Source: Prorocentrum cordatum
Taxonomy: Eukaryota
DNA length: 64,000 nucleotides
Assembly (NCBI GenBank): GCA_963575745.1
Contig: CAUYUJ010000003.1
Span: 682,001-746,000, forward strand
Direction: 5' to 3'
Shown piece by piece: positions 52,141-64,000 of this stretch (within the stretch, counting starts at the first letter, position 1; every line of letters begins with the position of its first letter). A program made the translations under genes and the position numbers. The notes under the pieces are model-generated. The model was not told the origin of the DNA. It searched no databases and saw nothing but the letters and a program-made list of their open reading frames with translations.

Positions 52141-52700
52141 GATCTCTATTCCTATATAATCTGTGAGGGAATCCTAAGCGTGAGCGCGAGTCCTGGGTGC
52201 CTGGGTGTCGGGAGCGCGGCGCTTGAGTAAATTGCAAGGAATTCCAACGCAAGGGCGCGATTTGTCAATACATTGCAAGCAAGTCTCCAGCGAGAGCGCG
52301 ACTCTAGAGCGCCGGGAAAGCGATTTTTGAATAAATTGTAAGGAAGGCCCCAACGAGAGCGCGATTCCTGAATAACATGCGAGGAAGTCTCGGGCGGGAG
52401 CGGGGGTCCTGGCTAAATTATGCCAGGGGCACAGTTTGAACATCAAGACTTTCCCTGTCAAAAAACCGGGTGCGAGCGTCGAGGGGCACACCTTGATGGA
52501 GAAAACAATATGCACCGGTGGGGGGGAATCAACGATACATTTTCAGAAATGAGAACTCAACAACCATAAAAACAACAACGACACCAACAACAACAATAAC
52601 AGCAAGAACAATAGCAATAACAACAACAGTTACAACAGTTACAACAATTACAACAGTTGCAACAACAACAACAACAACAACGACAACGACAACGACACTG

Positions 52701-52752
<52 letters not shown>

Positions 52753-52934
52753 CTACAATCATTCCCCAATCAGTGCTTTCACTGAAGTGGTCCTAGCGGA
52801 AGTTGAAAGATTTGGCGAAAGTTCCCCGCCGATTTTGGTGGCAGGCTGGGTTCCCACGTTCCTCGTTCCGGGTTCCGGTTGCTGGTTCCGGGCCGATTTC
52901 GGTGGGCGGCGGAGTTCCCGGATTCCCCGGTTCC

Positions 52935-53210
52935 TGGTCGATCTTTTGATCGATCGGTCTCAGCATCGATCTCATCACCCACCTCTCTATCGATCTCACC
53001 ATCGATCGATCTCACAATCGATCTCACTATCGATCTCGCAAGTGGTCTCGCTATAGATCACACGAGCGATCTCGCGATCGATCTCACTATCGATCTCATT
53101 GAATCGACCTCATTATCGGTCTCCCGATCGACCTTACAATCGTCCTCACTATCAATTACACTATCGATCCCACTATCGATGACCGATCTCACAATCGATC
53201 TCAAGATCCA
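52935..53210. repeat. 12-bp ATCGATCTCAC(A/T) tandem repeat
   Basis: Direct reading. Confidence 0.9.
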
Positions 53211-55109
53211 TCTTATTATGTTTCAAACCATCCACTGATTGGGTTTTTTCTCTGGTGTGAGTTTGAATATGTTCGCTCTTACTGGCACGCGTGTCTTGCA
53301 TTCCGTATACCCCAACCTTCGATACCCGCCCACTTCATCTTTGATTGCGCTCCCTTTCGGGGGGAATATCTTCCTTTTCGGCCACTGACTGAAGTGCGAA
53401 GAAATCTCGAGCGAGAATTCCGTTCCTGAGTTCGGGGGCCTCTCTGGCCAGTGGTTCTCGGAATACCTATGGAGAAATGTCGAACGGGAACCCTTGTCGC
53501 CGTGTCCGGGCCTCCACCAACTTGCCTGAATTACGAGAAAAGCTTGAGCGAGAGCGCCGTTCCTGAGTTCGGATGCCTTCTTGGCCAGGGGCTCTCCGAG
53601 TAAATCGTGAGGAACCATCGAGCAGGAGCCCTTGTCGTCGTGGCTGGGCCTCCGCAAACTTCATTGAATTGCGAAAAGTATCGAGCGAGAGCGCAGTTCC
53701 TGAGTTCGGGGGCCTCTCTGGCCAAGGTGTCTCGGGGTAAATTGTGAAGAAGTATCGAGCGGGAGCCGTTGTCGTCGTAGCTGGGCCTCCAAAGGCCCAC
53801 ATTTAGGCTCGAGCGAACGCTCGAGCGGGAGCCTCGTCTTCAGAGAACATGTAGCTGGCGTCGAGGCCAGAGCGCGAGGAACCGTTTCCGGAGATCCACC
53901 ATAATTATTACTTAGAAGAACTATTCTTCACAAATGAATATTCACAACAACCACAACCACAACCACAACCGCAACCGCAACCACAAACACAATAATACCA
54001 ACAACAACCAACACCACAACAACACACACACACACACATAAAAACAATATCAACAGCGGCAACGGCAACAGCAACAACAAAACACCAACAATCATTGCAA
54101 GACTGTTGGCTCATCCCTGCTCGCGTGCCACTCAACACGTAGATCCCGAACCCTCGATACCCGCCCTCTTCGTCTTAGATCGTACCCCCTGTGTGTATTT
54201 CGTGCAGCCCCTGAAGCGGGGGAGGAGACGGCGGATGGAAGGAATGAACAAGCGAGATGGAGGAAAATTGCGCATAAGAGAAAATAGCAGGAGGGGGGCA
54301 AGGAGAAGAAAACACGTGGCAAAACCAGACGGGCAGATCGGGCGGGTAGATCCTTCCGGGCGGGTCGGGAAGGCGGGCCTAGACGGCCAGGTCGAGCAGG
54401 CGGGTTGCTAAAGCGTGCGTCCTGCATGAGTCGCGAGGAGATCTCGAGCGATTGTACGATTCCCCAATAACTCTTGAAGTAATCCACAGAGAGAGCGTAG
54501 TTCCTGAGTGTCGAGGGCGTGGCGTCTGAATAGATTGCAAGGGTGTCCCACGCGAAAGCGTGATTCCTGAATTAAATTATGAGGAAGTTCCTCGCGAGAG
54601 CGCGACATGGGAATACACAGTGGAGAAATATCAGGCGGGAGCCGTTGTTGTTGTAAACCGGGGGACAGGGGCACAGTTTGAGCAGGAAGACTTCCCCGGT
54701 GAAAACACAGCGAGCCCCGGGAGGGGCACTTCACTCAAAAAAACACGTATGTTACGCGAATACGTGAGTCCTGCATTATTCGCCACGACGTCTCGGGCGA
54801 GAGCACGATCCCCAAGTAAATTACGAGGAAGTCCCAGGCGAGAGCACGACTGCTGAATGGCGAGGGCGTGGCGACTGAATAAATTGGAACGAAATCAAAA
54901 GCGAGAGCGCGATTCTTGGATAAATTGCAAGGGAGTCCCTAGCGAGAGCGCGATCCCTCCGTAAACTGCGAAGAATTATCCGGCGGGAGCCGTTGTTGTT
55001 GTAATCCGGGGGCCAGGGGCGCAGTTTGAGGAGGAAGACTTTCCCGGATGAAAAACTAGATGCAAGCCCCAGGGGTGGACCAACACTAATTATTCTTCAG
55101 TAGCGAGAG

Positions 55110-55389
55110 TTCAACAACAGCAACAACGCAAGCACAAACAACAACAACACCAACGACAATAACAGCAGCAACAACACCAACATAAACAACTACAACAACA
55201 ACAACAGCATCAACAGCAATAACACGAACAACACCAACAACAACAACATCAGCAGCAACAACAACAACAAACACAACATTAACGACAACAGTATCACCAC
55301 CGCCAACACCAACAACAGCAACAACAACAACAGCAGCACCACCATACCAGCAACAACAACAACACCAACAACAACCGCAACAACACACA

Positions 55390-55443
<54 letters not shown>

Positions 55444-55516
55444 AACAACGACAACAACAACAACAACACCAACACCAACACCAACAACAACAACAACTCA
55501 CAACACAACAACAATC

Positions 55517-55549
<33 letters not shown>

Positions 55550-55760
55550 TCAACACCAGTAACAGCTACAACCACAGCAACAACTACACCACCATCAACA
55601 GCAACACCAACGACAATACCAACATCATCAACAGCAACCACACCATCAACAACAACACCAACAACAACACCAACACCACCAACCACAACAACCACAGTAG
55701 CAACAGCAGTAGCAACGACGACGACAATAGCCACACCATCAACAACATCAACAACGCCAT
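55110..55760. repeat. Degenerate (CAA)n microsatellite
   Basis: Direct reading. Confidence 0.92.
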
Positions 55761-56759
55761 GTGAAATGCGGGGCACGCAGAGAAATCTTCACCGTATAAT
55801 TCTGACGGCCAGGTAAGACCTCCTATGCTAAATCATGTTTGGGATGCGACAGCAACACCAACACCAAAACAACAACCCCAACACACACCAACAACAACCA
55901 TAACAGCAACACCAACACCACCAACAAACACAATGATGTCAAGACTGTTCGCTTCAATCTTCTCACGTGCCAAGCAATACGTATATCCTAAACCCTCGGT
56001 GCCCGCCCTCGTCTCCTTACCTGCCACGTGCATGTAGCACAGCCCCTAAAACAAGCGAAGAGAAGACGGGTAGAAGAGGAAGGCAGAATAAGGGAAAACG
56101 AAAGAAATTAGCAGGAGGGGGGCAAGGAGCAAAGAACAAGTGGTAGAACCAAACGGGCAGATCGGGTGGGCAGACCAATACGGGCAGGTCGGGAAGGCGG
56201 GCCCAGGCGACCAGGTCGAGCAGGCGGGTTGCTGAAGCGTGGGGTCCTGCATGAATCGCGAGGAAGTCTCGAGCGACAATGCGATTCCCAAGTCAATCGT
56301 GAGAAAAGCCACAGTGAAAGCGTGATTCCTGAGCGCCGAGGGCGCGTCGTCTGAATAAACTGCGAGGAAGTCCCACGCGAGAGAGCGATTCGTATACAAA
56401 TTGTGAGGAAGTCCCGCGCGAGAGCGCGATTTGGAAATAGATTGTGAGGAAATATCCGGCGGGAGCCGTTGTTGTTGTAAACCGGAAGCCAACAACCTAG
56501 TTTGAGCCCCGTGACTTTCCCTGATGAAAACAGGGTGCGAGCCCCGGGGGGAGCACTTCAACTAGAAGAATACAATGGTCACTGGAGGGGGGATCAACAA
56601 TATTCATTCAATGATGAGAGTTCAACAACATCCAAAACAACAACACCACCACCACAACCAACCACAACAACCACAACCACAACCACAACAACAAGAATTA
56701 TCCTGGCGAAGAACCCAACCATGCGCAATTGTGAATACCGCGCTGTGGGTACAGTACAA

Positions 56760-59080
56760 CATTCGGTGGAGCTCCATATGGGGCCACGAACCCTTTGAAG
56801 GCTGTGCCAAAATGGGCGTCGGGCGCATGCGGCCTGTGCCTCTGGGGCCTTCGGTGGAACTCGCTATGGCGCCACGAACCGTGCGAGGGGTGTGCCAGAA
56901 TGGGCGTCGGGCGCATGCGGTCTGTGCCACTGGGGCCTTCGGTGGAGCTCCCTATGTGGCCACGGCCAGTGCGAGGGGTGTGCCAAAAGGGGCGTCGGGC
57001 GCATGGCATGCGGCCGTGCCTCTGGGGCCTTCGGTGGAACTCGCTATGGCGCCACGAACCGTGCGAGGGGTGTGCCAAAAGGGGCGTTGGGCGCATGCGG
57101 TCTGTGCCACTGGGGCCTTCGGTGGAGCTCCCCATGGGGCCACGACCAGTGCGAGGGGTGTGTCAAAATGGGCGTCGGGCGCATGCGGCCAGTGCCTCTG
57201 GGGCCTTCGGTGGAACTCGCTACGGCGCCACGAACCGTGCGAGGGTGTGACACAATGGGGGCGTCGGGCGCATGCGGCCTGTGCCACTGGGGCCTTCGGT
57301 GGAGCTCCCTATGTAGCCACGAACCGTGTGAGGGGTGTGCCAGAAGGGGCGTCGGGCGCATGCGGCCTGTGCCACTGGGGCCTTCGGTGGAGCTCCCTAT
57401 GGGGCCACGAACCGTGCGAGGGGTCTGACAAAATGGGGGCGCCGGGCGCATGCGGCCTGTGCCACTGGGACCTTTGGTGGAGCCCCCTATGGGGCCACGA
57501 ACCGTGTGAGGGGTGTGACACAATGGGCGTCGGGCGCATGCGGCCTGCGCCACTGGGGCCTTCGGTGAAGCTCCCTATGGGGCCGCGATCCTCGTGAGGC
57601 GTGCGCAGAAATGGTGGGCATGCGGAGAGCAGAGGAGGGAGGGGAGGAAGGAGGAGGGAGAGGAGGAGGAGGAGGAGAGGAGCAGGAAGGAACGCGGGGC
57701 GATGTCTCTTCAAAACGAAGACCCAACACTACAGGATGGTTGGGAACAATCAAACGACCGAAAAAGACATGTCTTCTCCAAACAAATGAGCCGCCAGGCA
57801 CCATCCGTATTCCTCCGGGGACCTGCGGAGGAGCCAGCATTGGGGAAAACAACATGCGCGTGGCGGTACGGAGCCACGAAAGAAAACAAAACAAAAAACC
57901 CAGAGAAAGAGAAATAAAAGAATCTGAAAAAAAAAAAAAGAAAAAATAAATATAAAAAAAAAATGAAGTGACGATATAAAAAAAACAAAAAGAATAAAAA
58001 GCGAAGCGTGTAAGGGACGGGCCGAAATGGGGCCGCGGCGGTGCCAATGCGAACGCAGCCCCCTGGGGCCTTGGTGGTCAAAAACGAAAATAAAGAAAGA
58101 AAAAAGGAAAAAGAAAAAGATCATATAGAAAAAGTTACACAAAGATAAATTAAACATCTCCCCCCCCCCCCCCAACACCAGAACCCCTGCTGTCCAGCCT
58201 ACTCCGATGGGGCCACGAACCCTGATAGTACCCCTACACACGCTCCCCACCCCCCCTCCTCCCCTTCCAGTGGTTCCCGCAAGGGCACTGAGGTAGCCCA
58301 TCGCCCCCCACCCACAGTGGCCGGGCGCAGGAGCGCTCCACCATGGGCCGCGAACCGTGTGAGGCGTGTGCCGAATTGGGCGCGGCGGTACCATGCGAAC
58401 CGTCTCACTGTGGCCTTCTGTGGAGCTCCCTATGGGGCCGCGAACCGTGTGAGGAGTGTGCCGAAATGGGCGCGGCGGTGCCATGCGAACCGTCTCACTG
58501 GGGCCTTCGGTGGAGCTTCCTATGGGGCCACAAACCATGTGAGGGGTGTGCCGGATTAGGTGCGGCAGTGCCATGCGAACCCTACCACTGAGGCCTTCAG
58601 TGGAATTCCCTATGAGGCCACGACCGGTTGAGGGGTGTGCCGAATAAGGCGCGGTGGTGCAATGCGAACCCCCCCACTGGGGCCTTCGGTGGAGCTCTCG
58701 ATGGGGCCACGAAATGTGAGAAGTTTGTCGAATTGGGCGCGGTGGTGCCATGCGAACCCTCCCACTGGGGCCTTCGGTGGAGCTCCCTATGTGGCCGCGA
58801 ACCGTGTGAGGCGTGTGACGAACTGGACGCGGTGGTGCCATGCGAACCGTCTCACTGGGGCCTTCGGTGGAGCCCCTGGGGCCTTCGGTGGAAATTCCTA
58901 CGGGGCCACGAACCGTGCGAGGGTGTGCGGAACTGGAGGCGGGGCCGCCATGTAAACTGTGCCGCTGGGGCCTTTGGTGGAGCTCCCTATGGGGCCACGA
59001 ACTGTGTGAGGGATGTGCCGAAGCGGATGGCACGGACGCATGGGACGATTATGGTGATGATGATGATAATGATAACGATA

Positions 59081-59172
<92 letters not shown>

Positions 59173-59340
59173 GATGATGATCCTGATGATGAAGAGGAGG
59201 AGGATGAGGATGAGGATGAGGATGGAGGGAGGAGCGGGAGGAGGCGGAGGAGGAGGAGGAGGAGAGGAAGGAAGGAAGGAACGCGGGGCGCTGTCTCTTC
59301 AACACGAGGACCTAACAACACAGGATGGTGGGGAAACAAG
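56760..59340 (+). repeat. Two further GGAGCTCCCTATGGGGCCACGAA tandem modules with shared terminus
   Basis: 60-72 bp units; termini at 57704-57749 and 59293-59338; (GAT)n at 59050-59225. Confidence 0.9.
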
Positions 59341-59424
59341 CACCGCCACCAACGACAACAGCAACAACCACACCATCAGCAACAACACCAACAACCACAA
59401 CACCGTAGCAGCATCAACCACATC

Positions 59425-59459
<35 letters not shown>

Positions 59460-59473
59460 CGACGACGACGACG

Positions 59474-59506
<33 letters not shown>

Positions 59507-59532
59507 CCAACAACAACAACAAGAACAACAAG

Positions 59533-59563
<31 letters not shown>

Positions 59564-60864
59564 CAGCACCAACAACACTACACTAACAACACCAATAACA
59601 CCCCCACCACGAACAACAACAACGACAACGACAACGACACTAATAACAGCAACAACCCTAGCAACAGCAACAACACAAACAACGATCATTCTAAGACTGT
59701 TCGCTCTTACTGGCACGCGTGTTTTGCATTCTGTATACCCCAACCCTCGATGCCCGCCCACTTCGTCTTCGACCGCACCCCCTTTCGGGGGAACATCTTC
59801 CTTGTCGGCCACTGGCTGAAGCGCGAGGAACTCTCGAGCGAGAGCGCCGTTCCTGAGTAAGGGGGCCTCTCTGGCCAGGCCAGGGGCTCTCGGATTACAT
59901 ATCGGGAAATATCGAACGGGAATCCTTGTCGCCGTGTCTGGGCCTCCACCAACTTGCGTGGATTACGAGAAAATCTCGAGCGAGAGCGCCACTCTTGAGT
60001 TCGGAGGCCTCTCTGGCAAGGGCCTCTGCGAATACATCTTGAGGGAGTACAGAACGAGAGCCCTTGTCGTCGCAGCTGGGCCTCCACCAATTCGACGGAA
60101 TCGCGAAAATGTCTTGAGCGAGAGCGCCGTTCCTGAGTTCAGGGGCATTCCTGGCCAGGGGTTCTCGGAGTAAACCATGAGGAAGTATCGAGCAGGAGCC
60201 CTTGTCGTCGTGGCTGGGCCTCCGCCAACGTGACTGAAAAGGAGCCGTTGTCGTTGTAGCCAGGCCTCCAAGAGCCCACTTTTACACTCAAACCAACGCT
60301 CGCGTGGGAGCCTCGTTTTCAAAGGAAATGTAGTGGGCGTCGAAGCGAGAGCGCGCGGAACCGTTTCCGGAGATCAGCAAAAAATGTCTTCCAGAAATCA
60401 ATATTCAACGACAGCAACATCAACAACAGCAACAGCAACATCAACAACAGCAACAAGAACATCAACAACACCATCATCCACAACAGCGACAACACCAACA
60501 ACAACAATGCCATGTGAAGGGCGAGGCAGGCAGAGAGCTTCACAAACGAATCCGTATGGCTATGTAAACACCCCTATGCTACATCAGATCTGGGGAACAC
60601 CTATGCAATGCACGTGGTGATAGTTATGCGGTGGAAGATGTGTAGTGCATGCTGCGTGGTGCAAGCTATGTCGTGCAAGCTGTGAGGTGCAAGCTGCGTG
60701 GTGTAAGCTATTTGGCGCAGGCAGTGCGGTGCTATCTATGTGGTGCAAGCTGTGTGGGGTGCAAGCTGTGTTCGATGCAAGCTATATGATACAAGCTATG
60801 TGGTGAAAGCCTCGTGGTGCAAGCTATGTGGTTAAACAAATATGTAATCTTTGCGGCCGCGCCC

Positions 60865-61250
60865 AACGCACGAGGCGCCCACGAGGCGCCGACGAGCGGG
60901 CAACAGGCGAAAGCTCAGCACACCCACCCAACGTACGAGGCGCCCACGACGCGCCCGCGGGCTGGCACCAGGCGAAAGCTCGGCACCCCTACCCAGCGCA
61001 CGAGGCGACCACGAGGCGTCCACGAGCGCCCACGGGCGAACACCAGGCGAAACTTCGGCACACGCACCCAGCTCATGAGGCGCCCACGACCCGCCAACTG
61101 GCGAACACCAGGCGAAAACTCGGCACACCCACCCTGCCTACGAGGCGCCCACCAACGCCCACGGGCAGGCACCAGGCGAAACCTCCGCACACCCACCCGC
61201 ATCGAGGCACCGGGCACCAGTCGAAAACCCGACACACCCAACCAACTACC
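60865..61250. repeat. Degenerate tandem repeat (ACGAGGCGCCCAC / CACCAGGCGAAA cores)
   Basis: About 5 units by direct reading. Confidence 0.8.
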
Positions 61251-61788
61251 CGGAGCAACAGAAGTTGGAGTCCTGAGTGTTAACACGGTTTGGGGAATAG
61301 ACTTTCGGTAGAAAGGGGGTCCAGCGCCGAACCACGAAGTCCTCGCGGGCCTCTGGAAGTTCATGTTTATGTCCTCTTGGGGATCTCTGACGTCCTGGTT
61401 TTGTGTCATACAAACAATGCCCTTGGAGGTCCCGACGGCCAGCTTTTCATCCTGAGGCACCGAACTACGAAGCCCTCGCTGGCCTTTGGTTAATGTGTAT
61501 GTCCTCTTGGGGGTCACAGACTTCTGAGTTTCGTCTCATACAATCAATGTCCCTGGAGGTCCCGACGGTCGGCTGTTCATCCCGAGTCATTGTTTGACGG
61601 CCCCCGGGACTGGCGAGGGCCCCAGAGGCCGACACCGGCGGCAGAGACTCCGCCCTGGGTTCCCCAAGGCGGAGCTGGCCGTCACCTCCATCTGGCCGGA
61701 GGAGGAGGGGGAGGAGGAGGAGGAGGAGGAGGAGGAGGAGGACCAGTGGAGGAGGACTCGCCATCACCTCCAGCAAACGCAGGTCGCC

Positions 61789-61896
61789 TCACTCGCCCCC
61801 ACCCGGGCGGGACAACGTGCGGTCGCCGCGCCTGTCGGTGATCCAGATCGAGACGCCGGCGCCGAGCCCGAGCAGGCAGCACGCGATGATGTACAG
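61789..61896 (-). CDS. Terminal coding segment of the MFS transporter (last TM helix and stop)
   Basis: Translates LYIIACCLLGLGAGVSIWITDRRGDRTLSRPGGGE*; joins in frame to ...SFTLPF at 63188; absent from the ORF track. Confidence 0.85.
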   Translation of the reverse strand: MYIIACCLLGLGAGVSIWITDRRGDRTLSRPGGGE

Positions 61897-61901
61897 GAGC
61901 G

Positions 61902-63187
61902 TCGGGTCGGACGAGAGGGGAGGGGGGTGCTCCCAGCGACATTGCCTCAAGCATCACGTGGGCGACGATCTGAATGAGGTATTACGCCAGATGGTATGGC
62001 GACCTTACGCGGTGGCTTGCGCGGGCCGCTGGCGCGGGCCGCCACGTTGTAAGCGAGGGCGCCTACGCGCGACTTTATGCGGGCTGCTTACGCGCCAATG
62101 TCGGTTCTTCTGCCGCTCATGTGAAGAACGGTCTGCATTCCGTTTACGGCAAGACAGTTGCATACACACAGTTCAGCACATGCGGGAGAGAAGGGTTGCA
62201 GCAGCGCTCCCCCACCTCCGCAGCAATCTGCCTCTGAGGCCCCACACAGGGCCGTGCTAGCAGCACGCATTTTGCACTGTACACGCGTTGAGTCCAGGAC
62301 AAAAGTCACAGGAGGGCAGTGAAGGAGAGAGGGGTTAACTCTGGATGGGGCATCCATCAAGATGGGAGGATGATTGACCTTCCGACGGAGCTTGCCCATT
62401 CCCCCCCCCTCTCCCTCCTCCTCCTCCTCCTCCTCCTCCTCCTCCTCCTCCTCCTCCTCCTTATGCTCCTCCTCTTCCTCCTCCTCCTCCTCTACCTCCT
62501 TCCCCTCCACATCCTCGCACACTCCACCTCTAACCGTTCTGACAGCACGTGCCCAACTACTCCCGCGGATCCAAGAGGGGGTGATTATTGCCACATCCAG
62601 AGTAACGAAAGGGGGAGGATTCACTCACGGGGAGAAAGCGTGAATTTGAACGACAAAAAGAAACGAGTCTAACGTAGGATGACATAACGACCTTACGCCG
62701 TGGCTTGCGCAGGCCGCAAGCCCGGCACACTGCGTGGAGAAGAGGGCGCTCACCGGCGGCCCTACGCGGGAAGCTTACGCGCCAACGTCACGCGCAGACG
62801 GCCCCCTGCTCTTCCCTCGCCCACTGGGACTTCCCTACACATCGCAGACAGATCGGCGTTAGACCCCCGACGGCAGCAGCAGTTGCTCGCGGGCGGGGTG
62901 GGGCACCCAGCCCCCCGGGCCCCCATTGGCGACGAAGGGACCCTTGGGAGTCGGTGTGCCACCCCCCCCTGCGCCAGTCTCCCCCTGTCGGCGCCCATGC
63001 GAGGGGGGCTCAGCGCATCAGCTCACGCGGCTGCTTTCCACGGCGCCCCCCAACACGGGCCGGCGTCAGCGTCGGAGGTGCAATAGGGCCGTGAGGAGAT
63101 CGCTCGGCGGCGTGGCCGAGACCAGCTGCACGCAGCAGATGCCGTGCCCCCCCACCGTCCACAACTCCCCTCCCTCGTCCGGCCCGA
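61902..63187. mobile_element. 1286 bp non-coding terminal-inverted-repeat insertion (MITE/introner-like) in the MFS gene
   Basis: Ends TCGGGTCGGACGAG.. and ..CTCGTCCGGCCCGA (13/14 inverted match); imperfect 5-bp flanks GAGCG/GAAGG; internal ~100 bp direct repeat at ~62000 and ~62690. Confidence 0.8.
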
Positions 63188-64000
63188 GAAGGGCAGCGTG
63201 AACGAGGCGGTGGCGCCATGGAGGTATGACAGCGCCAGGGGGCTGAGCGCCATTCCCAAGTTCTGCATGGCCGTCGTGAGCCCCATGGCGGTCCCGTGGG
63301 CTGTGGGCGGGGTGACCAAGGGAATGCACGGCCAGATCACGCTGCCAAAGAGACTCAGGGCCATGCCAATGACCACGTAGAATGCCGTGACCGACCAGCA
63401 CTGATAGCAGGCAGGATAGACCAGCAAGCCAGCGTTGCACGCGATGAAGGTAAGTGTCCCAAGCACCATGATCATTGGCCTCTGGCCCCAACGGTCAGCG
63501 GAGAGGCCCGCGATAGGTGAGGCGAAGGCGGACACAAGATTCGGCAACGACGTGATGAAGTCGGCCTGCTTCTCATCGAAGCCGAAGCGGCCCTGCAGAT
63601 ACGGAGTGCTGGTCACCTGCAGGAACGGGAACGCCGCCACATACACAGAGACGCAGGTCAGCGCGACGAGCCAGAAGAGCCTGCCGAAGCTCAGGCAATC
63701 GGACAAATTGACGACCTCCTCGCCAGACGCCGCCTGGCCTGCTGGGGTGACGAGGGTCCTGGCACTGATCCGCCGCTCGCCCAGCCAGTCGAGCCACACG
63801 GTGCATACCGCGGCTCCGAACGAGAGAAGGCAAATGAACAAGCCGCAGAGGCTCGCTTCCGTCACCGAGCCTGCGCTGACGAGCTGAGGCTGCGTGTTGA
63901 AGACGGCGACCGATCCAAGCCTCGAGACCGCGATGTTCACCGCCATTGCGAATGCGAGCTCTTTCCCGGCAAACCATCTGGAAATGATAGTGAGGCTGGC
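63188..64000 (-). CDS. Major facilitator superfamily transporter, MFSD1-like, 5' end outside the window
   Basis: SRWFAGKELAFAMAVNIAVSRLGS, motif A GLSADRWGQR, IWPCIPLV..HGTAMGLTTAMQNLG; many TM helices; frame open to the window edge. Confidence 0.92.

Noticed and set aside
63023..63187. C-terminus of the ORF-track MFS protein (SGRTREG...)
   Set aside because: Read-through into the TIR insertion; the true end is at 61789-61896

Overview
Repeat-dense, GC-rich eukaryotic DNA, almost certainly dinoflagellate: an exact dinoflagellate spliced leader (DCCGTAGCCATTTTGGCTCAAG) lies on the minus strand at 18066-18087. Most ORFs in the supplied track are spurious translations of microsatellites and GC-rich tandem repeats. 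Supported coding content: (1) an intronless WD40 retrogene (16802-17908, -) with a full spliced leader, a second relict leader, a short oligo(A) and a 15-17 bp target-site duplication; (2) a ~9.3 kb degenerate Ty1/copia LTR retrotransposon (31079 to >40349) whose polyprotein carries a C5 cytosine-methyltransferase-like domain between protease and integrase and an in-frame transmembrane plus Zn-finger tail after RNase H; (3) two near-identical copies of a 5'-truncated RLE-type (CRE-like) non-LTR retrotransposon inside a ~5 kb block duplicated across a 100-N gap; (4) the 3' part of an MFSD1-like transporter (-) whose last helix is split by a 1.29 kb terminal-inverted-repeat insertion. The rest is head-to-tail non-coding repeat modules joined by a conserved AT-rich palindromic junction plus (CAA)n, and long microsatellites. 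All domain calls come from reading motifs by eye; no searches were run.
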